The notes under the pieces were generated by a model. It saw only the letters and a program-made list of their open reading frames with translations, made no database searches and was not told where the DNA came from. 64,000 nucleotides of DNA, taken from Paraphysomonas bandaiensis (lineage: Eukaryota; Protista; Chrysophyceae). Positions 38,980 to 51,800 of this stretch are shown here, in pieces. A program made the position numbers and the translations under genes. The stretch's first letter is position 1. The number at the start of each line of letters is the position of its first letter. The stretch spans positions 22,403 to 86,402 of the forward strand of contig CBFFRP010000598.1 in assembly GCA_965644295.1 (NCBI GenBank). Reading direction: 5' to 3'.

Positions 38980-39448
38980 GTTAGTGCTACACTGTACCAC
39001 AAGTTGTATGTAGATCTCAAAACAGCACTGCACTCTCGTCGATATTATGATGTGAAAGAAGGTCAGCGCGCAGTGGTGCATACAGCAGGCAGACATGTGC
39101 AGCAGTATTCAGATCTATGTGTACAGCGTATCTTCCCTGTACTACACTACCGTACTGCTGCACACATACGATAGTACAGTGGAGTACTGCACTACGAGTG
39201 TCCATTGCATTGTACTCCGCATCAACCAGCACGTACAGCAGTGTGGTGGAGATACTGTAGATACGGAGAGCAGACTTGTGTAGCTATATATACAAAGACG
39301 CGAGCAGGCACAGCACTGTATATGGAGCAAGTTCTCATACTATAAGCTTTATGAGACGGGATAGGGGGAGATTTCCACTGCAGATATTGATCTGCCGCTA
39401 GAGGAGTGTTCAGGTCATCCAGATAGTCACTGAAGTGTTTGCGTGCCA

Positions 39449-42400
39449 ATGAAGTCGCGTTACTTGGACGTATGGCCAGATAAACGCCGTAAAAATGAAA
39501 CAACAGAAAGTTCTTCGCGTTCTATGCTTCTAGAGCGCTTAGTTCTCAATAATGACGATGACAGTCGTGAAGAAAATGAGACAGAGTCGTTATTGTTAGC
39601 ATACGCTAGTCTTCGAACTGAAGACATCGAACTTCTCAGTGAAATACTTCATTCGCGTGGAATCACGGAGCATATTGATGATTACATATCTGATACTGGC
39701 TGTACACTACTGCACATTGCTTCCAAGAATGGATTCTATGCAAGTATAGACATGTTATTAAAGAGTTCGGCCGATCCACTAGTTATGGAAACAAAAGGGG
39801 GTAATATACCTCTACATTTAGCAGCTATTGGGGGTCACGCTCAATCATTGAAACTGCTACTCACATGTAGCAATCCGAATATGAAAAATATGTCGTCTGG
39901 TAAGGTTGCTCTTCACTATGCTGCAGAGTACGGCTACGAGGAATGTGTTTGCGAACTTCTGCGTAACAATAGCAGCAACCCATTGAATATCAATGCACAA
40001 GATGATCATGGGCATACTGCTCTTCACCTGGCATGTATTGATGGTAGCTTGGCTGTAGTAAAGCTTCTACTCAACGCTGGTGTAGATGCATCTCTCAAGG
40101 ATTGCGATGGCCGGACTGCAATGGATATCGCATCATCGATGCCAGCCAGAGATGATATTGTACGAGAGCTTGCAATTTCCACGGAAGTTGTTAAACCTTC
40201 TCTTTTTGACGGATTAGCTGTGAAGGCAAGTATGAATAAGGAATCTTTGTTTGAAGGCCTCACCGTACAAACATTTCCCGTTCAACGGCAATCGGTTAGT
40301 TTGCCGTCAAGCGACTCCCCGCGGTCCAGGGCTACAAGCCACAGTGCTCCACCCGGGAGATGGGTAGTGATACAATCCGGAAAATTTTTACTCGATCGGC
40401 GAAACAAGCAAGTTATTGTACATAGAGACAGGTTAGTATAGAATTGTTGAGGTGTGCAACTCCTTTGCTGCGGAGTGGTTTTTGTACTATGCTTGGTTTT
40501 TATAATGTTGTAGTAGGACTTAGAGTTGGCTGTGCTATATTTTTATTTGTAGCTCAGTCGCTAAGATGTCTATTGTTATTATGCATTTATTTATATGCAT
40601 AGCACCGTCTTACAGTGCTGCATTGAGTTATTTTACCCGTATATCTCACCTCGAATCTGTGTAGGAACTCTGCGGTGAGATGGGGACACCATTGGAGGTG
40701 GAACCAAGCCGACGAGAAAATAAGCCAAGACATAACAGCTACAGATAAGATTCTCAGTCCATCAAAACTAGTCCGGAAGCTTAGCCTCATTTCGGACAAG
40801 GTGTCTGATAAACTCAATAGTTTGACTCTGCTCAAGCGGAAATCTGTCTGCGAGGAATCTTCAGACCACGCACTACCAGTAACATCCACCGACGACTTAT
40901 CAGACCTATATGTTGCAGAGATCGATGCATCGGCGTGGGACGGGTTCATAAAGACTTTTTCTTTCTTCCTTATGGAAATGGCAGGTGAAGACCCTCTGCT
41001 GGATGAGTATATATCTAAGCATATCAGCTCCGCCCCAAAGAAAAATTCCCGACGCCCTAGTTTTGAGGGTAATAATATGAGATTTTTCCATGGGTCAGTA
41101 AGTAAACCGACTGAGGAAAGTCTTTTGAAAAAAGATATAGAGTGTTTAAGGGACGAGGTAAGAAACTGTTCAAACAATACATGTGTCTGTCAAGCGCTCC
41201 AGTTTGTGTGGATACGCGATGTCTGTATGCTGTGCACAACGCATTGTATAATAGAAGAAAGCAAATGCACCGTAATGCCCATTACCTGATATATGTTTTC
41301 ATTAATCAGATCGAGGCCATTGAAGCAGCAATTGAGTGTGCCAATAATGAACTTAGTCTTTTGAAATCGGACCCAGTTAGTTATAAAAAACGGGTCCTCG
41401 CATCTCTGCCGACCGTATCGAAATCAAGTAAAGCTCTTGGTCGACAACACACCGAATCTCGGCCCCCACTTGATGCAAATGAATTTTCCCTTATGTTGGA
41501 AGGAAATACACCTTTAGCGAAGGATGTTCAAAGGAATACTGATGATTGTTCGGTTTCTAGAAGTGCATCACTGAAGCTTTTTGCACCTTTGGATGCAAAT
41601 GAATTCTCCTCAATGCTTGAGTCAGGAGGTAGTAGAAATTCCACTGGTGACATCAGTGAACCACCGATCTCTGCTAAGTCCACTGGAGAAAAAATATTAA
41701 TTGCACATAGCCGTGATGCTTCAAAAGCGAATGACACACAGCAAGATGGTCGTATTGATAAAGGCGTTGAAGAGCTTAGAGATAAATGTGCTGAAAATGA
41801 AGGTTGTAAGTGTTCTTTTGAGCCTAGAGACTGTAGTTCAGTAGCAAATATAGAACTGATTCAGCCACAGCAAAATGAAGCCGGGTATATTCCTGAATCG
41901 CAAGCAGGGGTGTCCAACCAACACCTTTCTTCTGGAAATTATGCTGAATCTGAGAAAGGCATTGGTAATTCTTTCATTATAGATACTAGTGACACTAACA
42001 GGGGAGATGCGGATGATACAGCAAAATGCGTTGAGATTGAGAGTGAAGTTGGTGAAATTGACGTATCTACTCACTCATCTGCTTTAGCCGATGGTGAAGA
42101 TGTCATGGATCCGTCATCCAGCTTAATAGATAAGGAGTGTACATGTCATTCTGCCCCACTAAGTGTCACTACAGTTTCGGAATTGATGGACTCTAGTTTT
42201 GATGTGAATTCAACTGGTGTAGGACAGAGTGAAAGTCTATCTAATGAGGACGCTGCGAATTATTCAGTCCCTGAGAGCAGTGATCACCCGATAAGTCGCA
42301 ACAGTGATGGTAGCTGTAGTGATATGTGTGAAATATATGTGCACAGCATTCAGAATGTCGAAGAAGTCGCTGCCTCCAAGGTGGAGAGAGAGATAACTGT

Positions 42401-42485
42401 TCTTAGTGTGGGAGAAGATTCTGACAAATTTAAAGCTGATAATGAAAGTGTTGTCACTTTGACCGAGCCTTCGACTGAAACTTGA
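39449..42485 (+). CDS. Ankyrin-repeat protein with long acidic disordered C-terminus
   Basis: Four ANK repeats (TLLHIASKNG, PLHLAAIGGH, ALHYAAEYG, TALHLACIDG). Downstream ORFs 40675-41289 and 41142-42485 are joinable through GT-AG introns. Confidence 0.8.
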
Positions 42486-42842
42486 TTTAAAACATCCGCT
42501 GTCCACTGATGTCTGAAAGGTGCTAAAAATATCATCAAAGAGGGCGGGTGAATGAAGACAGAAATAGGATATCGCCAACCAAGCAAACAGCCAACAATGG
42601 TTGTATGATCTTTGCTATGGACGGAAAATAGTGTAGAATTTTTTGTGGGATTTCGTTATTTACTTTCTCTTCATGTTACGTGCATAGATGTTGATTCCCC
42701 AGCCAATAATCTTCTCATGTAAAGTACACTTAAATTTATTTCCATTCTTGCGGAGACACTCTACGTGTGAGGCTATCTACACATCAGCTAGTAGTGCATA
42801 TAGTGAATGTCTTGTTTAAGAGTCAGTGCTTAACTCTGATAT

Positions 42843-43221
42843 CTGATATCCTTCTATTTAACGCTCGAAACCACTTTTGCTTTAACTCTCACTCAAAGCA
42901 AACGCAGTGAGCAAGCAGAATGTTGATATACCTGACATCTGCTGACCACTTCAAGATTTTTGAGTCCTTCAGGTTAGCACCCGGATGCTTGACTTCAGTC
43001 ATAGACAGCCCAATACACCGGATGCCCTTGAGGAGGGCTTATTCCCGGAGGCCTGTTTATTCGTCAAGGCCCAAAGACTAATAAGTGTCCCTTGTGCCAC
43101 ACAAGCATTTGGCTATGAGAGGGCAGAACGGTATCTGCCTACTATATATAACAAGTGGCTCACGTTAGTATATCCGGTACTTATCCCTCAGAACACCACG
43201 TAGAGGTCCGACTTTGTTGAG
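42843..43221 (-). repeat. Hairpin-rich dispersed repeat, copy C
   Basis: Near-identical blocks to copy A (tcactcaaagcaaacgcagtgagcaagcaga; cccggatgcttgact; gtccgactttgttgag). Confidence 0.85.
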
Positions 43222-43233
43222 AGGGATCCTACG

Positions 43234-44995
43234 TCTGATGTAAAAGATCATAATGTGCAACCTATCGTTACAACTAGGACTTCAAAACAGCTTTAAGTAT
43301 ATTACTGGAGAGTTCAAATGTCACATCTGATGCTGAAGGTAATTTGGAGCAATGACATCCAGTCCTTTCCGGGTTTTTGGGTCACGTGGTTTCATACACA
43401 CAGTATTCGAGTCAGGTGCACAAAGAGGGGTTAAATGTGGTGTATAGTATATAAATGTGATGATTACGCCAGCGACAACAAGAAGTCTCGTGCGACTAAT
43501 CATCACATCTATGTTCGAATTTCAGTATCTCAGCATTCTTCTGTGGGAGGGGTACATTATTATTATTTGTGTAGTAGCTATATATTTAAATTTCTGGATT
43601 TATTGGTTTGAGTTATAATCTACTATTAAAATTGTCATTCCCTAAGTTTATTGTTTTCTTAATAATATGTTAATACTAGTTTCTGTATACAACTGTTCTC
43701 ATGTAATAATCAGACTTTCTTAATAATATGTAAATCAGGAGACACCTACTTCCTCCTGCAGCAAGCACAAGCTACAAATAGTTTCAAAAAATCAAGACAT
43801 ACATCCTTTTTCTGTGTGTGTGTAAATATTAGGTGTTCAACATACATCATGAGAATAAGATACAAGTTAACCTAGGCGTAGTATTGTCTTTTGCCCAAAT
43901 TTTAAAACTCGGGATTTTCGCCATCGTTTCAAAATATTGAGCGCGGGACGATATAGTCTTCTTATATATTACCAGTGTGGTTAAATATAACTATCTTGGT
44001 AAAAATGCTGCAATCATAATAACCACAACCACCACGTCAGTTTGTGATGCGTTTTGCAATAATAACTAATGTACTAGGTGTGAAGAGCATAATAATTATA
44101 TGTCTGTGAAGGCATTTATAAATTTTATGTTAGTTGCAGATCTAAATATAGTAAAGGTTACCTTTATACACGGTGCATTACATGTAGCACTACTTTAGCC
44201 AGTAATAATAATTGTACCCGGATATCATTCAGATCAAGCTGCTTTTTTCCATTTGATTTCTAAACGTTTTAAACGAGACCAAAGCACCCCTATCCTGGGA
44301 TTAATTGCAAGACAACACCACAATCGCACCCACGCAAAGGAGAGGGCATGTCGGAATCCTAACCCTCACCTTAGCAACACTTGTTGCATAACATCTCCTT
44401 TTTGTCCAAACAGCAAAATATGCAGTAAAATAGTTGTGTCAATAATCGTTGTGGGTGTGGTCAATTAGTTATTTGGCATGTTAATACTTTTGTGGGCTGA
44501 GGTTAAAAAGTGTATACTGACCCGTGTACTGTCACACGTTTATGATTAATGATGACAGAGTGATGCAAGCCTAACTCCTACCACAAAGGATACTAAGGGA
44601 ATAGCACAGCTGACATGTGTTGGAGTTCTTACATAAACATGATAGTGATTGTGAGTAGTTGTAGTTGTATAATGCTTCTTGTTGTCGTTGGCATCATCAT
44701 CACATTGATGTACATCACGTTTATCCCCTACTAGTGCAACTGTTTAGAATGTATGCAACTAACCCCTGTTGTGTGTATGCTACGAGCTACACAATCTTGA
44801 TAAACAAGATGTGACCCAAACCCTGAAAGGACAAAGGACTGGGTGCTAGTGCTCCTAATCACCTTTAGCATCAGATTTGGAGTATCAACTATCAACAATA
44901 TACTAATATTATTGAAGAATTTTTGTGAAGTCCTAGTTATGAATATAAAATCTCTTGCACTGACATCATTCTGATCTTTTACCTCAGAAGATAAT
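43234..44995. repeat. Diverged ~200-bp inverted repeat pair (43234-43440 and ~44755-44995)
   Basis: Blocks tctgatgtaaaagatcataatg, aactaggacttca, atctgatgctgaaggtaatttggagca, ccagtccttt, tttgggtcac and aggggtta recur in the same order on the opposite strand. Confidence 0.7.
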
Positions 44996-45433
44996 CTGCT
45001 TTCAAGTATTGGGTCATGGCTCATCATTGTGTAATGTTGTGAAACCACATACAAATGACTGTCAATATCAGAATTAAGATAGAGGATAGTTTCTGTTCGA
45101 ACCGAATATTGACGTTGAATTGCTGTATTTGCCCGGTGCTAGTACGAGTGTTCTGTTGAACCTGATTGAGGAAAGAGCACTTTTTCGGAGTCAAAATGGG
45201 GATAACAGAAATAGAATAATTCCAAATATATTTAAGCCCCCTCGGAAATCACCCCGGTACCCTGACGCTTGACCCACTTGTTATTTTATTTCCAATTTAT
45301 AATAATCTCGTTATCATATAATGCTATCATGACTAGTTGTTTCGAAATTAACACTTTTCGTCAACAAATCAAGGGTATTGTGTGTCCGTACAGGGCCAAG
45401 TGTTGCAGAGTATACACAAAAAATTACATTTAG

Positions 45434-46206
45434 TTATGAACACTCCTCGTTATCTTGCGTGTGAGATATCTGAGAAGCGTGAGGAATCGTAGGACTATAC
45501 AAAACGCCATGGATTTTCCATTTTGACGTTAATTCAGTTGGGTAGAAACTACATTTCAATAGAGCACAGTTGTCTAACAAAGAATCCATATCCAGCATAC
45601 GTTTGAAAAATCTAGAATGACCTACTACAATTAAACGAGTTTCAGACCGACTATTCAGCCACTGCTCAAATATACTTATTCGCTCGTCTAGCCTTCTTCT
45701 GGCAAACATTAGCTCAATCGGACTAATTTCAGTTAGACAATCCAAGACAGTGTATTCTTTCTGCGTCGAGCCCAAAGGGAACATTCCGTAACACGTATCT
45801 CGTGCACGCTGCAGGGGAGAATGACATATGAGCTCAGGATCAAAGTTCTCAACGAACTTGTCTTTCATCAATTGTTGCGACACGAGATCTATTTGGTCTC
45901 TTCCGGCTGCAGATACAGGCGCATCTACAGGGGCATATCCCGTCACACGAACCACACACACGAGTCATCAGCACTACCTGTATGCATAGGAATCAATTGT
46001 AGTGTCTTCCAGAGCTGTGACGAGGAGGGCAATTGAAATCTCTGTATACGCGACAGACCCTCTCGAGCAGCTGCCACCTTGACATTCTCCTCCGACTCCG
46101 CATGACGAACTAACACCACAGTCTTAGGGCCCATACGACCACCAGATGCTTGCGGTGACATGCCAATAACCAAAAGTAAGAGAAGGCACAGCGCTCTGTG
46201 TATCAT
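45434..46206 (-). CDS. Histidine phosphatase (phosphoglycerate mutase-like) family protein
   Basis: VVLVRHAESEEN, DAPVSAAGRDQ, SPLQRARDT, IVVGHSRFF. An intron at ~45925-45977 joins the two ORFs. Confidence 0.88.
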
Positions 46207-46236
46207 CAATCTGGTTTACCCAACTATCCCAACCTC

Positions 46237-47340
46237 CATACATACATACATACATACATACATACATACATACATACATACATACATACATACATACATA
46301 CATACATACATACATACATACATACATACATACATACATACATACATACATACATACATACATACATACATACATACACACATACATACATACATACATA
46401 CATACATACATACATACATACATACATACATACATACATACATACATACATACATACATACATACATACATACATACATACATACATACATACATACATA
46501 CATACATACATACATACATACATACATACATACATACATACATACATACATACATACATACATACATACATACATACATACATACATACATACATACATA
46601 CATACATACATGCATACATACATACATACATACATACATACATACATACATACATACATACATACATACATACATACATACATGCATGCATACATACATA
46701 CATACATACATACATACATACATACATACATACATACATACATACATACATACATACATACATACATACATACATACATACATACATACATACATACATA
46801 CATACATACATACATACATACATACATACATACATACATACATACATACATACATACATACATACATACATACATACATACATACATACATACATACATA
46901 CATACATACATACATACATACATGCATACATACATACATACATACATACATACATACATACATACATACATACATACATACATACATACATACATACATA
47001 CATACATACATACATACATACATACATACATACATACATACATACATACATACATACATACATACATACATACATACATACATACATACATACATACATA
47101 CATACATACATACATACATACATACATGCATGCATACATACATACATACATACATACATACATACATACATACATACATACATACATACATACATACATA
47201 CATACATACATACATACATACATACATACATACATACATACATACATACATACATACATACATACATACATACATACATACATACATACATACATACATA
47301 CATACATACATACATACATGCATACATACATACATACATA
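46237..47340. repeat. (CATA)n tetranucleotide array, ~1.1 kb
   Basis: Direct inspection; rare CATG/CACA variants. Confidence 0.98.
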
Positions 47341-47414
47341 TGCATAAGTACATCAGCCATGCTTTCAAGGTGCTGGTTTATCAAGTATGTATGTAACTAA
47401 CACTGCTGATTCAA

Positions 47415-48776
47415 ATGCACGAGCTGTCATTGTTTTTCACCCTCATGTGGCTTGTTGCCATTGCTCATTGTGCTGTTTCTGTGAATCGTTTTCTTCGTGT
47501 GTTGCCTGATGTTCGTCGAGGGGAGGTTCACATGCACAGCAGAGGGAATATATCGCTACCGGTAAACACATCGATGCCATTGGATGCTCTGTCATTGGAT
47601 TGTCAGGTGTTTAAGGAGGGGAGATTTAAGTGCTATAGCCCGCGTTTGTTCTCTGAGATTAGACACAGTTGCGGCATATCTGACGAGGATTTCATTTCTT
47701 GTTTGAATGAGTCAACTCTTCAATGCATGAAGCCTGATTCAAAGAGTGGACAGGCGATGTGGCGATCTAGTAATCCTCCGGTTGTGTTTAAGACTATGGT
47801 ATGCAAAAGTTTCTTTATTTGTTGTCATCACGTGCCGTATAGTCCAAGTCTGAATCCCAGTCGATCCGGCGTATTCTCACTGCCTATCACAAACATGTGA
47901 CAACTGGCCCGACGTGCATAAGTACGATAATCGGATTATATCGTATAGGAAGAGTGTATTTGATGGCCAGTAGTGATGTTTTCCCTGAATGTGTTAGGAG
48001 AGATGGACGAATGTATGATCTTAAAGGATCCACTGTGGGACGACGAGCAGCCCAATGGAGTAAGGTAGTACCGTAATTGGCCGTACATTTGTTGGTGTAT
48101 TTTGTGAACGTATTATAAATGCACATGTACCAGAAGTATAGTCTAATGTTGTTCCCTCAAGGTGCTTAAAGACTGTGACGCTATTGATCATACGAAAAAT
48201 TCCAACTCAAGTCTTATGACTCTCAGTAACTACACTGCGACCGCTGTAATGTCGGTGCTTGAGAGGGATGTAGATTTTCTGCGTTCCCATGATTTGATGG
48301 ATTACAGTGTATTGGTGGGGACGGAAAAACGTGTAGGTGACTGGACATTAAATGAAGTCCCAGAGGAGAGTAAAATTGCCCAAACCACGCATAACTATTC
48401 CACTTATGGTCAGAGCAGAATCCTTCCTCCCTCTTTTATGTACAGAAACAAACGGTAAATACTGACATTTTCATTATTATTGCAAGGGATATGACATATT
48501 GACGAAATTTTCAGAGGGAAGATTGCAGTGCTGGGAGCCGTTACCAACAACTCCCATTCAATATACCACATTGGTATAGTAGACTACCTCCAAAGGTGTA
48601 TGCAGTTTTGAAGAATATACTACTGTAGCTTACATATCTGTAGGTACACTCTGCGAAAGAGATTGGAGACTATAGCTAAGGGAATGCGATACAATTCTAG
48701 GAAGATATCTGCAGTACCACCAGACTACTACGCAAGAAGACTTTTAAAATTCATAAGAGTATTAATAGGCTTATAA
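47415..48776 (+). CDS. Phosphatidylinositol phosphate kinase (PIP5K family)
   Basis: FKCYSPRLFSEIR, SKSG, VFKT, MYDLKGS, LKDCD, RDVDFLRSHDLMDYSVLVG, YHIGIVDYLQ, ISAVPPDYYARR. Four introns. Confidence 0.9.
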
Positions 48777-48831
48777 ACCCTCATACCTGACAAACAAACT
48801 TTAAGACCAAAAAACTACAATACAAGATATC

Positions 48832-51800
48832 TTATGTATGTGGCAGAGGTAATGTTATCTTGTTGAGCATGAGAAGTGTACGCATATATTAGTAGCAGTT
48901 TCACGACAGTGAGGAATAACCCTGTGCTTAACAACCACGTACTGATATCATGATGCTTTTAATTTTAACTGCAATCTGAGTCGATGTTATGCTACAGTGT
49001 TGTATATATTGTAGTCCATTATTTGGATGATATGGAGTTTAACAATTGTAAGCAGGATATGTATATTTGTCACGGCCCTTGTGGATTGATAGGTCATAGA
49101 GATCTTGTGTATGTGGCAGAGGTAATGTTATCTTGTTGAGTATGAGAAGTGTATTCATATATTAGTAGCAGTTTCACGACAGTGAGGAATAACCCTGTGC
49201 TTAACAACCACGTACTGATATCATGATGCTTTTAATTTTAACTGCAATCTGAGTCGATGTTATGCTACAGTGTTGTATATATTGTAGTCCATTATTTGGA
49301 TGATATGGAGTTTAACAATTGTAAGCAGGATATGTATATTTGTCACGGCCCTTGTGGATTGATAGGTCATAGAGATCTTGTGTATGTGGCAGAGGTAATG
49401 TTATCTTGTTGAGTATGAGAAGTGTATTCATATATTAGTAGCAGTTTCACGACAGTGAGGAATAACCCTGTGCTTAACAACCACGTACTGATATCATGAT
49501 GCTTTTAATTTTAACTGCAATCTGAGTCGATGTTATGCTACAGTGTTGTATATATTGTAGTCCATTATTTGGATGATATGGAGTTTAACAATTGTAAGCA
49601 GGATATGTATATTTGTCACGGCCCTTGTGGATTGATAGGTCATAGAGATCTTGTGTATGTGGCAGAGGTAATGTTATCTTGTTGAGTATGAGAAGTGTAC
49701 GCATATATTAGTAGCAGTTTCACGACAGTGAGGAATAACCCTGTGCTTAACAACCACGTACTGATATCATGATGCTTTTAATTTTAACTGCAATCTGAGT
49801 CGATGTTATGCTACAGTGTTGTATATATTGTAGTCCATTATTTGGATGATATGGAGTTTAACAATTGTAAGCAGGATATGTATATTTGTCACGGCCCTTG
49901 TGGATTGATAGGTCATAGAGATCTTGTGTATGTGGCAGAGGTAATGTTATCTTGTTGAGTATGAGAAGTGTATTCATATATTAGTAGCAGTTTCACGACA
50001 GTGAGGAATAACCCTGTGCTTAACAACCACGTACTGATATCATGATGCTTTTAATTTTAACTGCAATCTGAGTCGATGTTATGCTACAGTGTTGTATATA
50101 TTGTAGTCCATTATTTGGATGATATGGAGTTTAACAATTGTAAGCAGGATATGTATATTTGTCACGGCCCTTGTGGATTGATAGGTCATAGAGATCTTGT
50201 GTATGTGGCAGAGGTAATGTTATCTTGTTGAGTATGAGAAGTGTATTCATATATTAGTAGCAGTTTCACGACAGTGAGGAATAACCCTGTGCTTAACAAC
50301 CACGTACTGATATCATGATGCTTTTAATTTTAACTGCAATCTGAGTCGATGTTATGCTACAGTGTTGTATATATTGTAGTCCATTATTTGGATGATATGG
50401 AGTTTAACAATTGTAAGCAGGATATGTATATTTGTCACGGCCCTTGTGGATTGATAGGTCATAGAGATCTTGTGTATGTGGCAGAGGTAATGTTATCTTG
50501 TTGAGTATGAGAAGTGTACGCATATATTAGTAGCAGTTTCACGACAGTGAGGAATAACCCTGTGCTTAACAACCACGTACTGATATCATGATGCTTTTAA
50601 TTTTAACTGCAATCTGAGTCGATGTTATGCTACAGTGTTGTATATATTGTAGTCCATTATTTGGATGATGTGGAGTTTAACAATTGTAAGCAGGATATGT
50701 ATATTTGTCACGGCCCTTGTGGATTGATAGGTCATAGAGATCTTGTGTATGTGGCAGAGGTAATGTTATCTTGTTGAGTATGAGAAGTGTACGCATATAT
50801 TAGTAGCAGTTTCACGACAGTGAGGAATAACCCTGTGCTTAACAACCACGTACTGATATCATGATGCTTTTAATTTTAACTGCAATCTGAGTCGATGTTA
50901 TGCTACAGTGTTGTATATATTGTAGTCCATTATTTGGATGATATGGAGTTTAACAATTGTAAGCAGGATATGTATATTTGTCACGGCCCTTGTGGATTGA
51001 TAGGTCATAGAGATCTTGTGTATGTGGCAGAGGTAATGTTATCTTGTTGAGTATGAGAAGTGTATTCATATATTAGTAGCAGTTTCACGACAGTGAGGAA
51101 TAACCCTGTGCTTAACAACCACGTACTGATATCATGATGCTTTTAATTTTAACTGCAATCTGAGTCGATGTTATGCTACAGTGTTGTATATATTGTAGTC
51201 CATTATTTGGATGATATGGAGTTTAACAATTGTAAGCAGGATATGTATATTTGTCACGGCCCTTGTGGATTGATAGGTCATAGAGATCTTGTGTATGTGG
51301 CAGAGGTAATGTTATCTTGTTGAGTATGAGAAGTGTACGCATATATTAGTAGCAGTTTCACGACAGTGAGGAATAACCCTGTGCTTAACAACCACGTACT
51401 GATATCATGATGCTTTTAATTTTAACTGCAATCTGAGTCGATGTTATGCTACAGTGTTGTATATATTGTAGTCCATTATTTGGATGATATGGAGTTTAAC
51501 AATTGTAAGCAGGATATGTATATTTGTCACGGCCCTTGTGGATTGATAGGTCATAGAGATCTTGTGTATGTGGCAGAGGTAATGTTATCTTGTTGAGTAT
51601 GAGAAGTGTACGCATATATTAGTAGCAGTTTCACGACAGTGAGGAATAACCCTGTGCTTAACAACCACGTACTGATATCATGATGCTTTTAATTTTAACT
51701 GCAATCTGAGTCGATGTTATGCTACAGTGTTGTATATATTGTAGTCCATTATTTGGATGATATGGAGTTTAACAATTGTAAGCAGGATATGTATATTTGT

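Noticed and set aside
45925-45977. Apparent frameshift in the histidine phosphatase (and similar split ORFs in most genes)
   Set aside because: Explained by canonical short GT-AG introns that restore the frame and conserved motifs.
46124-47400. Long YVCM/HTYI ORFs in all six frames (also at 54926-55510 and 59395-60725)
   Set aside because: (TATG)n contains no stop codon in any frame, so these ORFs are artefacts of the microsatellite.
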